Shown: one piece after another, positions 29,901 through 39,733 of the stretch
Layout: each line of letters starts with the position of its first letter
Position numbering within the stretch: the first letter of the stretch is position 1
From: Thermoanaerobaculia bacterium
Lineage (GTDB): Bacteria > Acidobacteriota > Thermoanaerobaculia > Multivoradales > UBA5704
Assembly: GCA_044226625.1 (NCBI GenBank)
Contig: JBGAGQ010000005.1
Coordinates: 64,001-128,000 of the forward strand
DNA length: 64,000 nucleotides
Reading direction: 5' to 3'
Program-made: the position numbers and the translations under genes
Notes under the pieces: generated by a model
Seen by the model: the letters and a program-made list of their open reading frames with translations, nothing else
Database searches by the model: none
What the model was told of the DNA's origin: nothing

Positions 29901-31202
29901 CTACCGTAGCCCCGAAGGCAGCCGCGGCGAGGAGATCAGCTCTCCGAACACCTTCCACCGCTTCTCCCCGTCTCCGCCGCTTTTCGCCTCGACGTACTTC
30001 CGGACGAAATCGCGGCCCAGGTTGTAGTTGATGACGTAGCTCCGGTAGGTGTCGAAGAAGGTGACGCGCTGCTTCGCTCGAGCGGGAGAGGAGAGGGCGT
30101 AATGGACGAGCCAGTCGGCCGCTTGGCCGGCGTCGATCTCTCCATCGAGGTAGCGACGGGCCGCGGTGTTTCCGGCGTAGTCCAGCTTGCCCACGAGGTG
30201 GAGAATCTCGGTGTAGCGCTCGGCTTCTTTCGGATCGAGGCCGGCGATGGGGTAGAGGACGTCGCGTTCAAACGCGGTCCGCTGCTCGCCGGGGAAGGCG
30301 ACCTCGATGCCGTAATTCGCGGTCCCCTCGGCGATCAGCGACTGCGGCGAGAAGAGCGGGTAGACGGTGAATTCCACCCAGCCGCGGTCGCGGACCAGGT
30401 TTTTTTCGAGCAGGGCGTTGTAGACGTGATGCCCCGGATACCCCTCGTGGCAGGCGAGGTCGATCGCGCGATCGATCAGGATCGGCAGCTCGGTGTTCAC
30501 CTGGATGAGGCTGTGGAGATCGCCTTTGTACCAGTTGTAGGCGCTCCAGGGCTTGCCCGTGACGTAATCGACCTCGAAGCTCTCCCCTTTCGGCAGAGGG
30601 AGATGGGCCGCCGTCCGGGCGCGGCATTCGTGGATCGCGGCGCGGAAGACGGCGTCCACCCGATCGGCGGGAATCGCGAAACGGTCTCGGTAGGCCTGGA
30701 TGCGCTCGGGGAGCGGCCCGCTTCCCGGTACTTTCTGCTCCAGCTCGGCGAGCACCGGCTGGAAATCCTTCTCGTCCTGCTTCGGAGCCACCGCGTCGTA
30801 GAGCGCAAGCGACTCCTCGTCGAAGCTGCGCTTCTTCCCTTCCAAACGCTCGACGTGGGCGACGAGCGAACCGAGCTGGCGTTCGAGATAGGCGTGGCGG
30901 AGCTCGACCAGCGGATCGTCTTGGGCGGGCCGGATCCCGGCAAGACCAGAGCGAAGCGTCTCGGCTCGCTGACGGATCTCCTCGAGCGGCAGCTTCTCGG
31001 CCTCCACCTCGGCGCGCACCTCCGCGGGACCGTAGTAGGCGTCGACGTAATTTCCGTCGTGGACTCCGACGGCGAGCACGAGGCGAACATAGGCGCGGGC
31101 GGTGTCGTCCATCGTGGCAGCTCCTTTAGGGGAAGGGGCGGGGGCCGAAGAGGTGCAAGCGGCAAGGAGAGCCAGGGAAATGGAGAACAGGAACGGTCGC
31201 AT
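29901..31202 (-). CDS. Lipoprotein, DUF885-like putative metallopeptidase
   Basis: Lipobox LLAAC, HEGYPGHH motif and downstream AEG. Confidence 0.65.
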   Translation of the reverse strand: MRPFLFSISLALLAACTSSAPAPSPKGAATMDDTARAYVRLVLAVGVHDGNYVDAYYGPAEVRAEVEAEKLPLEEIRQRAETLRSGLAGIRPAQDDPLVELRHAYLERQLGSLVAHVERLEGKKRSFDEESLALYDAVAPKQDEKDFQPVLAELEQKVPGSGPLPERIQAYRDRFAIPADRVDAVFRAAIHECRARTAAHLPLPKGESFEVDYVTGKPWSAYNWYKGDLHSLIQVNTELPILIDRAIDLACHEGYPGHHVYNALLEKNLVRDRGWVEFTVYPLFSPQSLIAEGTANYGIEVAFPGEQRTAFERDVLYPIAGLDPKEAERYTEILHLVGKLDYAGNTAARRYLDGEIDAGQAADWLVHYALSSPARAKQRVTFFDTYRSYVINYNLGRDFVRKYVEAKSGGDGEKRWKVFGELISSPRLPSGLR

Positions 31203-31264
31203 GGCTCGCGATTGTAGCCCGCGGGCGGCGCCGGGTCGCTCGCGCGAGGTAGGATCGCCGCACT

Positions 31265-32743
31265 TTGCCGCGCTCCATGTGGACCCCAGGCCGGATCGTT
31301 GGCCTCGTTGCCGGGCTTCTCGCCTTCGGCTTGTTCCTTTTCGTCGACTCCCCCCTGCATCACGATCCGGGGACCGGAGCGCGGCCGGCCTACGCGGCGG
31401 CGATCACCGCCTTGATGGCGATCTGGTGGCTCACCGAAGCGCTGCCGATCTACGTCACGGCCTGCGTGCCGCTCGTTGCCTATCCCCTGTTGCGCCCGTT
31501 CGGCACCGGCGTCCTCGGGAATCTGGGGTCTACCGTCGGCGCCTACCTCGACCCGTATATCTTCCTGTTCGCGGGCGGCATGGCGATCGCCGCGGCGATG
31601 CAGCGCTGGAACCTCCATCGGCGCATCGCGCTCAACATCATGGCGGCGATCGGCACCGATCCGAAGCGGCTGCTCGCCGGGTTCCTCGCCGCGACGGCTT
31701 TCATCTCGCTCTGGATCTCGAACACCGCGACGGCGACCATGATGGTGCCGATCGGCATCGCGGTGCTCGCGCAGATCGAGCACTCGCGCGGCGGCGAGCG
31801 GCTTCGCCACTACGGGATGGCGATCATGCTCGCGATCGCTTACGGCTCGAACGTCGGTGGCATCGGCACGAAGATCGGTACCGCGCCGAACGCCCAGTTC
31901 GCCGGGTTCGCCGAGCGGTTCGGGATCGAGGTGTCGTTTCTCCAGTTTATGGCGGTCGGCCTGCCGTTCGTGATCCTCTTCCTCCCCATCGTCTGGTGGG
32001 CGCTCTGGCGCATCGGCCGAGGCGACGAGCTCGGCGAGGCGATGGGCGGAGCCGCGGTCGCGGAAGAGCTCGGCAAGCTCGGCCGCATCCACCGCCAGGA
32101 GCGGATCGTTCTCGGCGTTTTCGGGGTCACCGCCGCATTGTGGATCGCCGGCAAGCTCCTCACCGAGGCGCTCAAACCGCTGGTGACCGCGTTTACCCTC
32201 ACCTCCGCGCACGTCGAGGGGGGCATCGCGATGCTCGCGGCGCTCGCCCTCTTCGTCTGGCGGAGCGAGGGGCACGCGGTGCTGAACGTCGAGGCGCTCA
32301 AGAAGGTTCCGTGGGAGACGTTGCTGCTCCTGGGAGGCGGTTTTGCGATGGCGTCGGCGATCCAGGGCAGCGGGCTCTCGACGCAGGTGAGCGCGCAGCT
32401 CCTCGGCCTCCGCACCTTCCCACCGTTCGTCCAGATCCTGCTCGCGAGCCTCGCCACGGTGGCGCTGTCGGCCATCGCCTCGAACACCGCCACGATCGCG
32501 GTGATGCTCGTCGTCCTGCAGCAGGCGGTCGCGGCCCAGAACCTTCCGACGGTTCTCTTTGCGGCGACGATCGCCGCCTCCTGCGATTTCGCTCTGCCGG
32601 CCGGAACGCCGCCGAATGCGATCGTCTTCGGCAGCGGCTACGTCACCATCCCGCGCATGGCGCGGACCGGCGTAGTCCTCGACCTGCTCGCCGCGTTTCT
32701 CGCGGCCGGTTGGTGCTGGCTCGTGGTCGAGCGGGTGCTGTAA
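31265..32743 (+). CDS. DASS/SLC13 family anion transporter
   Basis: WISNTAT, IGTAPN, ASNTAT and LPAGTPPNAIVF motifs; many TM segments. Confidence 0.9.
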   Translation: MPRSMWTPGRIVGLVAGLLAFGLFLFVDSPLHHDPGTGARPAYAAAITALMAIWWLTEALPIYVTACVPLVAYPLLRPFGTGVLGNLGSTVGAYLDPYIFLFAGGMAIAAAMQRWNLHRRIALNIMAAIGTDPKRLLAGFLAATAFISLWISNTATATMMVPIGIAVLAQIEHSRGGERLRHYGMAIMLAIAYGSNVGGIGTKIGTAPNAQFAGFAERFGIEVSFLQFMAVGLPFVILFLPIVWWALWRIGRGDELGEAMGGAAVAEELGKLGRIHRQERIVLGVFGVTAALWIAGKLLTEALKPLVTAFTLTSAHVEGGIAMLAALALFVWRSEGHAVLNVEALKKVPWETLLLLGGGFAMASAIQGSGLSTQVSAQLLGLRTFPPFVQILLASLATVALSAIASNTATIAVMLVVLQQAVAAQNLPTVLFAATIAASCDFALPAGTPPNAIVFGSGYVTIPRMARTGVVLDLLAAFLAAGWCWLVVERVL

Positions 32744-32749
32744 CCGCCG

Positions 32750-34345
32750 CTATCGCACCGAGGTTTGGCGTGACGGCCGCGGTGGCCGCGGCGGCCGGGG
32801 GGGAGGCACGGACGCTCCGGGGATGCGCCGGTAGATCGCGAGATATCGCCCGTCCTTCGAAATGAACCGCGCGACCTCTCGATAGGCCTTCGGGAACCAG
32901 GGGCGATCGACGATCGGCCGGGTGCCTCCGCGCGGGTTGTAGGTGTGGAAGAGGACAAAGGTGGTGGGCTTCGCGAGGAACGCTCCGAGGCGGTCGTGGG
33001 CGAACGGGAGCGAGCGCGGAGTGACGAGACCGACGAGGTCCTGGACCGGCCGGTCGGCGGTATAGGCGAGGATGCCGATCTCCTCGTAGGCGACGTCCTC
33101 TTCGGGGCCCGAATGCGCGGCGAGCCATGCGCCAGCTTGGCGATAGGCGGGGAAGCGCCAATCGCCCTCGCCGGGGTTTCTGGCGTAGCGCTGATCTCCG
33201 AGAACCGAGCCGGCGAGCGGCAGCGCGAGGAGCGCCGAGACGAGGACCGCCGAGCTGAGCCGTGCCGGCGAAACGGCGACCCCTGGGTGCGTTTTCCCCG
33301 CGATCGTCCGGGCTGCCGCGCCGACGGCGAACGGGGCGGCGGCGAGCAGCGCCGCGAGAGGCGGCGCCGCGTACCAGACGAAGAACGGCACGCCGAGCAA
33401 GGGATAGAGGACCGCGAGCGCGGTGCCGTACGCGACGAGCAGGAAGCCGGGGCGGCCGCCGGCCCGAACGAGGAACGGAAGCCCCAACGCTCCGAGCGCC
33501 ACGAGCCCGAACGCGAAACGTCCCGCGGAGGAGAAGAGAAGCTCCAGCCCGCGGCTCCAGAAAGCCAGGCCGCTTTGCCAGCGCTCCGGATCGAGCGCGG
33601 CGTAGGCCCGCTTGGCGGCGAGGGTATTCGGGATCAGGGTGCCGAACCAGGCGCGGGCGGCGAGCGCCCCGGCGCCGATCACCAGGGCTGCTGTCAGCGA
33701 GTAGGCGAGCGCGCTCTTCCAGCGCTCCTCTCTCGGCGATCGTTCGCCTTCGGAGCCGTCTCGACCGAAGAGAGTCAGGAGCCCCAAGATCGCCGCTCCG
33801 ACGAGCGCGTCCGGTCGACAGAGGACGGCGGCGCCGGCCAAGAGCCCTGCCGGAACGGCGTGCCGCCGTTGGACGTACGCCGCGAGGAGCAGCAGGGCGA
33901 GCGCTACCGGCGGGCCCGAGCCCTGAGCGGCCCAGAGAACCGCCGAGGTCGCGAGCAGCACGCCCGCCCCGACCGCCTCGATGCGGCGATCCCGCCGGCT
34001 CGCTTCGACGATCAGGAGCGCGGTGATCGTTGCGATCGCCAGCGCATGGAGCCAGGTGCCGAGGAGATGGATCGGCAGGCCGGTCGCGCGGTGGGCGATC
34101 CCGAGCAGGAGCGCCACGCCCGGATCGGTGACGCCGAAGATCCGCTCGCCCGGATTGAAAACCAGCCCCCGGCCCGCCGCGAAATTCTGGGCGTAGCGGT
34201 AGGTGATGTACATGTCGTCCGTCGCACGCCCGGCGAGGCGGACGGCGAAACCGGCGAGCAGCGCGAGCGGAAGCGCCATGGCGAGCGTCGGGCCGAAAGG
34301 TCGGCGGGCCGGGGCGCTCGTTGAATCCTGGGGCGGGGTGGGCAC
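32750..34345 (-). CDS. Polytopic membrane protein, putative GT-C glycosyltransferase
   Basis: DDMYITYRYAQNFAAGRGLVFNPGE after the first TM, RPD motif, and C-terminal IGILAY/DLVGL. Confidence 0.65.
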   Translation of the reverse strand: MPTPPQDSTSAPARRPFGPTLAMALPLALLAGFAVRLAGRATDDMYITYRYAQNFAAGRGLVFNPGERIFGVTDPGVALLLGIAHRATGLPIHLLGTWLHALAIATITALLIVEASRRDRRIEAVGAGVLLATSAVLWAAQGSGPPVALALLLLAAYVQRRHAVPAGLLAGAAVLCRPDALVGAAILGLLTLFGRDGSEGERSPREERWKSALAYSLTAALVIGAGALAARAWFGTLIPNTLAAKRAYAALDPERWQSGLAFWSRGLELLFSSAGRFAFGLVALGALGLPFLVRAGGRPGFLLVAYGTALAVLYPLLGVPFFVWYAAPPLAALLAAAPFAVGAAARTIAGKTHPGVAVSPARLSSAVLVSALLALPLAGSVLGDQRYARNPGEGDWRFPAYRQAGAWLAAHSGPEEDVAYEEIGILAYTADRPVQDLVGLVTPRSLPFAHDRLGAFLAKPTTFVLFHTYNPRGGTRPIVDRPWFPKAYREVARFISKDGRYLAIYRRIPGASVPPPRPPRPPRPSRQTSVR

Positions 34346-34464
34346 GCTAGGATTATCGACGATGGCCGAGGATCTCGGCCGTAGGAATCGATCGGGTTCC
34401 GGGTTTCAGCCGAGCGAGGCCACGACTTGGCCTCCACCCATCACGCACCTACGAGGAGGACGGT

Positions 34465-34875
34465 ATGAGCCATAGAAATCGTCGGTTCGCTGCATTCGGG
34501 CTGTTGGTCCTGGTGCTTGCCGCGATGGCGGTCCCCGCTTCCGCCGCCTATCGCGGCCGCTGGACGCTCCTGGGCGAGCGGAAGGTCTCCGACAAGCTCG
34601 ACCACGACACGATCCTGGTCACCGGCGCGCGCGGCCGGTTCGAGCACATCGCCCTCCGGGTCTTCGATCGCGCGGTTCAGTTCCACTCGGTGAAGGTCCA
34701 TTACGGCGACGGCTTCGTCCAGGAGGTCGAGCTGCGGAACGTCATCCCGGCCGACGGCTGGTCGCGGATCATCGACCTCGCCGGCGGGCGCCGGGTGATC
34801 CACTCGATCGAGTTCTGGTACGACGCGCAATCGCTCGGCGGCCAAGCGACGGTACGGGTGTTCGCCCAGCGTTGA
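34465..34875 (+). CDS. Exported beta-sandwich protein (DUF2541-like)
   Basis: Signal peptide, WTLLGERKV..DHDTI and SRIIDL.GG.R.I..IEFWY. GAGGAGG RBS. Confidence 0.65.
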   Translation: MSHRNRRFAAFGLLVLVLAAMAVPASAAYRGRWTLLGERKVSDKLDHDTILVTGARGRFEHIALRVFDRAVQFHSVKVHYGDGFVQEVELRNVIPADGWSRIIDLAGGRRVIHSIEFWYDAQSLGGQATVRVFAQR

Positions 34876-34986
34876 AGCTCGTTCGGTAGAGGGGCGGCGG
34901 GCGGCCTGTCCCGCGCCGCCCCGCCGCGCTCCGGCGCGTCCGCTAGTTCGTCCGGCCCGAGCGGCCTGATATCTTCGCGCGGTCCC

Positions 34987-36768
34987 ATGCGCCGCTCTCC
35001 CGCTCTACTTTGCGCCACCGTGCTGCTCCTCGGTCTGTCCTGGAGCTTGTACAAGGTCCACTTTCCGCCCGGACCGATCGGGGACGAGCCGGCGTACGTG
35101 ATGATGACCCAGAGCCTCTGGCACGATCACGACCTGGCCTACGACCATCGCGATCTCCTGCGCGGCTACCAGGCGTGGGACCAGGGGCCGAACGGCGTCA
35201 TCCTGTTCACCTCGGACGGCGGCAAGTCGATGTACTACGGCAAGCCGTACGTCTACTCGCTCGCGGCCGTGCCGTTCTACGCGCTGTTCGGCCTCCAGGG
35301 GCTCGTGGTCTTCAACATGGCGATGTTCCTCGCCATGCTCTGGGGGGCGGTCTGGTTCTGGCGGCGGCCGGAGCGGAGCGGTCAGGCGGGGATGGCGGGG
35401 TTGTTTCTCGGCGGCTTCTTCTTCGCTTCGGCGGCCTTCTGCTACGTCTTCTGGATGCAGCCCGAAGTTTTCAACATGGCCTGCCTGTTCTTTGCGCTGC
35501 TGATCTGGCTGCACCTGCGCGGCATCCCGAAGTGGACTTCGCGCCACCTGTTGCTGATGGGCTTCGCGGGGGCGCTGCTCGCGGCGGCGTACATCTCCAA
35601 GGAGCCGACGATCCTGCTCGGCGGGCCGATCGGTCTGGACCTGCTGCTACAAAAGCGATGGAAGGGCGTCGTCGCCCTTGCCGCTCCCGCCCTCCTCGGG
35701 CTCGCGGCGCTCATGGTCCTGCAGCACCACGAGACCGGCGCTTGGAGTCCGTACCGCGGCGTACAGCGCCGTTCGTTCGAATCCGAGTATCCGATCGAGA
35801 GCCGCAAAGACCTCTGGGCGCAATATCGCGGCACGAGCTTCGGCTCCTGGTCGGGACTCGGAGTCGAGACCACGCCGCGCATGTTCCTGCGCGACCTCGA
35901 GTATTTCCTCGTCGGTCGGCACACCGGTCTCCTGCCCTACTTCCCGTTCGCTCTGTTCGCGCTCGCGCTCTACGCGTTCGGGCCGAAGGACCGCTCGCGC
36001 CACCTGCTGCTGCTCGGGCTCGTCGGCTATTGCCTGGTGATCCTGATCCTCCGGCCGAACAACTACCACGGCGGCGCGGGCTTCGTCGGCAACCGATATT
36101 TCGCGAGCATCTATCCGGCGTTCGCCCTTCTGCCGATGGCGATCCGGTCGCGTAAGGGGCTGCTCCTCCCCTTCGCCGCCGCGGGCCTCTGGACCTCCGC
36201 GGTCGTCGCCGTGCCGCTGCTTCAGATCGCGCCGGAAGCGACGCTCCAGTCGCACGTGCGGCGCCCGTCGTTTCAAGCGCTGCCGCTCGAGCTGACGCTG
36301 CTCCAGAAGATTCCGGGCTATTTCCTCAAGGGGTGGACCGAGGCGGTCTGGGTGGTTCCGAAGGAGAACTTCCACGCGCAGGAGCCGAACCCGGATGGCG
36401 TATGGGTGCGCGGCGCATCACGATCCGAGGTCTTCCTGGTGGCGCCAAAGAAGATCTCGTCGGTGCGGATGCGCCTGCGCTCGATCTCGGATCAGAACGT
36501 GGTGACGCTCGAGAGCCCGGTGGATCGGGTGACCGTTCGGTTCGACAGCGAAGAGAAGCGCCGCGGCACACCGATCGAGCTCAAGCTGAAACCCGTCGCG
36601 CGCGACCTCGGTTTCTTTCCGGAAAGCGCTTCCGAAGGGAAGTCCGAGTACTTCTACTCGTTCACCCTCGACTGCTCGGACGGGGTGATGCCCGCGCGGC
36701 GCGAAGAGCACAACGACGACTACCGCTATCTCGGGGTGTTTCTCGATTTCGCCGGCGCGGGGAGCTGA
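34987..36768 (+). CDS. Polytopic membrane protein, putative GT-C glycosyltransferase
   Basis: DE motif after TM1 (GDEPAY), many TM segments, GNRYF and a soluble C-terminal domain. Adjacent to GT4 genes. Confidence 0.6.
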   Translation: MRRSPALLCATVLLLGLSWSLYKVHFPPGPIGDEPAYVMMTQSLWHDHDLAYDHRDLLRGYQAWDQGPNGVILFTSDGGKSMYYGKPYVYSLAAVPFYALFGLQGLVVFNMAMFLAMLWGAVWFWRRPERSGQAGMAGLFLGGFFFASAAFCYVFWMQPEVFNMACLFFALLIWLHLRGIPKWTSRHLLLMGFAGALLAAAYISKEPTILLGGPIGLDLLLQKRWKGVVALAAPALLGLAALMVLQHHETGAWSPYRGVQRRSFESEYPIESRKDLWAQYRGTSFGSWSGLGVETTPRMFLRDLEYFLVGRHTGLLPYFPFALFALALYAFGPKDRSRHLLLLGLVGYCLVILILRPNNYHGGAGFVGNRYFASIYPAFALLPMAIRSRKGLLLPFAAAGLWTSAVVAVPLLQIAPEATLQSHVRRPSFQALPLELTLLQKIPGYFLKGWTEAVWVVPKENFHAQEPNPDGVWVRGASRSEVFLVAPKKISSVRMRLRSISDQNVVTLESPVDRVTVRFDSEEKRRGTPIELKLKPVARDLGFFPESASEGKSEYFYSFTLDCSDGVMPARREEHNDDYRYLGVFLDFAGAGS

Positions 36769-36770
36769 CG

Positions 36771-37217
36771 ATGACGGACGCGCGATCTCCGGGCGCTTCC
36801 GCGCCTGATACAGACGTGGCCGCCGCGCTCGAACGGCTGCGCGCCGGAGTGCGTCAAAGGCGGGCGGAGCTCGCGACGCTCGGCGACGAGAGCGAGGCGA
36901 CCAAGCTCAAAGTGCTCGAGCTCAAGACGCTCGAGTGGGTCGAGGAGCCGCCTTTGTTTTCTCACCGGCCCGGCTTCGGCAAGCTGATTGTCCTGCTTCG
37001 GAAAGTGTTTTTCCACGCCTTCGTCAAGTGGTACGCGCGTCCCATGCTCCAGCGGCAGAACCGATTCAACCAGGTGGCGAGCCAGCTGATCCAAGAGCTG
37101 CTCGCGCAGCAGACCCGGCTGGCGGCGGAGATCGGCCGCCTGGAGCGCGAGCTTGCGACGACACGCGCCGCGGAGGCAGGGTCCGAAAACGCCAAAGCAA
37201 AAGAGCCAGGGAGCTAA
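36771..37217 (+). CDS. Hypothetical coiled-coil protein of a glycan-synthesis locus
   Basis: ATG 2 nt after the upstream stop. SHRPGFG...WYARPMLQRQNRFN followed by a heptad tail. Confidence 0.65.
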   Translation: MTDARSPGASAPDTDVAAALERLRAGVRQRRAELATLGDESEATKLKVLELKTLEWVEEPPLFSHRPGFGKLIVLLRKVFFHAFVKWYARPMLQRQNRFNQVASQLIQELLAQQTRLAAEIGRLERELATTRAAEAGSENAKAKEPGS

Positions 37218-37223
37218 AGAGCT

Positions 37224-38273
37224 TTGGGGCTGCGCATCTGCGTCTGCGGGGTTCAGGTGCCGTTCGCCTATGGCGGCGCCGAGATCCTGGTCGCCTCGCT
37301 CGCCGAGGAGCTCAAGCGCCGGGGGCATACGGTCGACGTGGTTTCCCTGCCCTTTACCTGGAAGGATCGGGTCCAGCTGTTCAAGAGCTGCCTCGCCTGG
37401 CGGATGCTCGATCTATCGGAAGTCGACGGCCAGCGGATCGACCGCGTGATCGCGACGCGGTTCCCCTCCTACGTGGTCAAGCATCCGGACAAGGTGGTGT
37501 GGCTGGTTCATCAGCTCCGTCAGGCCTACGACCTGCGCGGCACGGGCTACAGCGATTTCACGACCGAAGGGCGCGGCGGCCGCGACGAGCGGGTGGTCGA
37601 GATGCTTCGCTCGATGGACGAGCGGACGCTCGGCGAGGCGCGCCGGGTCTATTCGATCTCCGACAACGTGGCGGCCCGGCTCGAGCGGTTCAACCGGATG
37701 AAGATCGAGACGCTCTATCCGCCACCGCGCCTGATCGACCGGCTCGCGCCGGGCGAGATGGGCGACTACGTGTTCACCGCCGGCCGGCTCAACCGGATCA
37801 AGCGCTTCGACCTCCTGATCCGGGCGATGAAACACACGAAAACCTCGGTCCGCTGTCGGATCGCGGGCACGGGCGAGGAGCGCGAGGCGCTTCAGAAGCT
37901 GATCTCCGATCTGGCGCTCGAAGATCGCGTCGAGCTGCTCGGCTGGATCGATGACGACCGGGCGGTCGAGCTCTATGCCGGCGCGCTCGCGGTTTTCTAT
38001 GCGCCGTACGACGAGGACTACGGTTACGTCACGGTCGAGGCGTGCCGGTCGGCCAAACCGGTGATCACGGTCGCGGACGCCGGCGGCGTGCTCGAGTGGG
38101 TCCAGGAAGGGAAGACCGGCTACGTCGTGGCGCCCGACGATCCGGCGGCGATCGGCGCGCGGCTCGACGCGCTTTACGCCGATCGCGAGCTCGCCCGGCG
38201 CCTGGGCGAGGCGGGGGCGGGGAAGGCGCGCGACGTCTCTTGGGATCGGGTGATCGACGGATTGCTCGGGTAG
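37224..38273 (+). CDS. GT4 glycosyltransferase
   Basis: GGAE, GRLNRIKR and EDYGYVTVEA motifs. Confidence 0.9.
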   Translation: MGLRICVCGVQVPFAYGGAEILVASLAEELKRRGHTVDVVSLPFTWKDRVQLFKSCLAWRMLDLSEVDGQRIDRVIATRFPSYVVKHPDKVVWLVHQLRQAYDLRGTGYSDFTTEGRGGRDERVVEMLRSMDERTLGEARRVYSISDNVAARLERFNRMKIETLYPPPRLIDRLAPGEMGDYVFTAGRLNRIKRFDLLIRAMKHTKTSVRCRIAGTGEEREALQKLISDLALEDRVELLGWIDDDRAVELYAGALAVFYAPYDEDYGYVTVEACRSAKPVITVADAGGVLEWVQEGKTGYVVAPDDPAAIGARLDALYADRELARRLGEAGAGKARDVSWDRVIDGLLG

Positions 38274-38302
38274 CCGAGCCGTTTCGGAGTTCTCGCAGGG
38301 AT

Positions 38303-39679
38303 ATGACCGCCCTCCCTCGCGTCGCGATGATTTCGCCCCTGCCGCCGCTTTCGAGCGGGATCGCGGACTATTGCGTCGAGCTGCTGCCGCATCTCGCCGA
38401 GCGCTTCGACCTGGAGCTGTTCGGCGAGGAAGGCTCCCGGCTCGAATCTCCGGCGGGATCGAGCGTTCCGGTGTTTCCCGCGCGCGCTCTCCCGAGCCGG
38501 CGCGCCGAGCGCGGTTTCGACGCGGTGATCTACCAGCTGGGAAACAACGCCGATTTCCACTCCGGCGCCTACGCCGCGCTGCTCGAGATTCCGGGCATCG
38601 TGGTCCTGCACGAGGTCGTCCTCCACCACATGCTGCGCGAGATGACGCTCGCAAAAGGCGACGCCGCCTTGTATCTCGAGGAGATCCGCTACGCCGCGGG
38701 TCGAAGCGGCGAGCTCCTGGCGCGCGGCTCGCTCGAAACGGGGACGCTGCTCGATGCCTGGCGTTACCCGCTGTTCGAGCGCACGGTGGATGCGAGCCTC
38801 GGCGTCCTCGTCCACAGCGAGGGGGCGCGGCGAAGGATTCTCGCGAGCCGGCCCGAGGCGGCGGTCCTCCGCATCCCTTTTCCTTGGACCCCGCCTCCTC
38901 CGCTCCCTTCCCGCGAGGCGGTGCTCGCCCGCTTCGGTCTGCCGGCCGATGCGGTCGTGCTCGCTTCTTTCGGTTTCCTCACCCGGTCGAAGCGGCTGGA
39001 CGTGGCGCTCCGCGCCTTCTCGACCCTCGCCCGCGAGGAGCCGCGCGCGCATTTCCTCGCGGTGGGCGAGGTCTCGAAGGACTACGATCTCGGCGCTCTC
39101 GTGCCGGCCGACCTCGCGCCGCGGGTGCTCCCGCTCGGTCGGGTCGATTTCGAGACGTTTCATGCCGCGATGGCGGCGACCGACGTCGCGATCAATCTGC
39201 GCTATCCGAGCGGCGGCGAGACCTCGGCGACGCTGATGCGGCTGCTCGGCCTGGGGCGGGCCGTGATCGTGACCGACGGCGGGTCGTTCGACGAGATCCC
39301 CGACGGCGCCTGCGCCCGGGTGCCGCCGGACGAAGGGGAAGGGGAGTTGCTTCTCGAGCTCCTGCGCCGCCTGGTGGCGGACGAGGGCTTGCGGCTTTCG
39401 ATGGGCGAGAACGCCCGCCGGTTCGTCGAGGCGGAGCACCGTATCGAACGGGCGGCGGATGCTTACGCCGCCGCGGTCGAGGCGCTCCGCGCTAGGCCCG
39501 CTCCGCCCGCGGCCGTGCCGCCGCTCGCCCCCTACCCGCCTACGGAGGTCGGCAACGATCTGATCGCGGCGGTCGCCGCCGACTGGGTCGACCTCGGGGG
39601 AGGGGAGCGCGACGAGGAGACCTTGGCCGAGATCGCGCGCGAGCTCGCCGACCTCGGGTGGGTGGAGCGGCGACGTTAG
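38303..39679 (+). CDS. GT4 glycosyltransferase
   Basis: SPLPPLSSGIADY, YQLGNN..H, FGFLTRSKR and LRYPSGGETS. Confidence 0.88.
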   Translation: MTALPRVAMISPLPPLSSGIADYCVELLPHLAERFDLELFGEEGSRLESPAGSSVPVFPARALPSRRAERGFDAVIYQLGNNADFHSGAYAALLEIPGIVVLHEVVLHHMLREMTLAKGDAALYLEEIRYAAGRSGELLARGSLETGTLLDAWRYPLFERTVDASLGVLVHSEGARRRILASRPEAAVLRIPFPWTPPPPLPSREAVLARFGLPADAVVLASFGFLTRSKRLDVALRAFSTLAREEPRAHFLAVGEVSKDYDLGALVPADLAPRVLPLGRVDFETFHAAMAATDVAINLRYPSGGETSATLMRLLGLGRAVIVTDGGSFDEIPDGACARVPPDEGEGELLLELLRRLVADEGLRLSMGENARRFVEAEHRIERAADAYAAAVEALRARPAPPAAVPPLAPYPPTEVGNDLIAAVAADWVDLGGGERDEETLAEIARELADLGWVERRR

Positions 39680-39733
39680 CCGGAATCGACGCGGCGGCCG
39701 GGAGGCGCGCGTCCGAGATAAGCTCCGCGCGCG

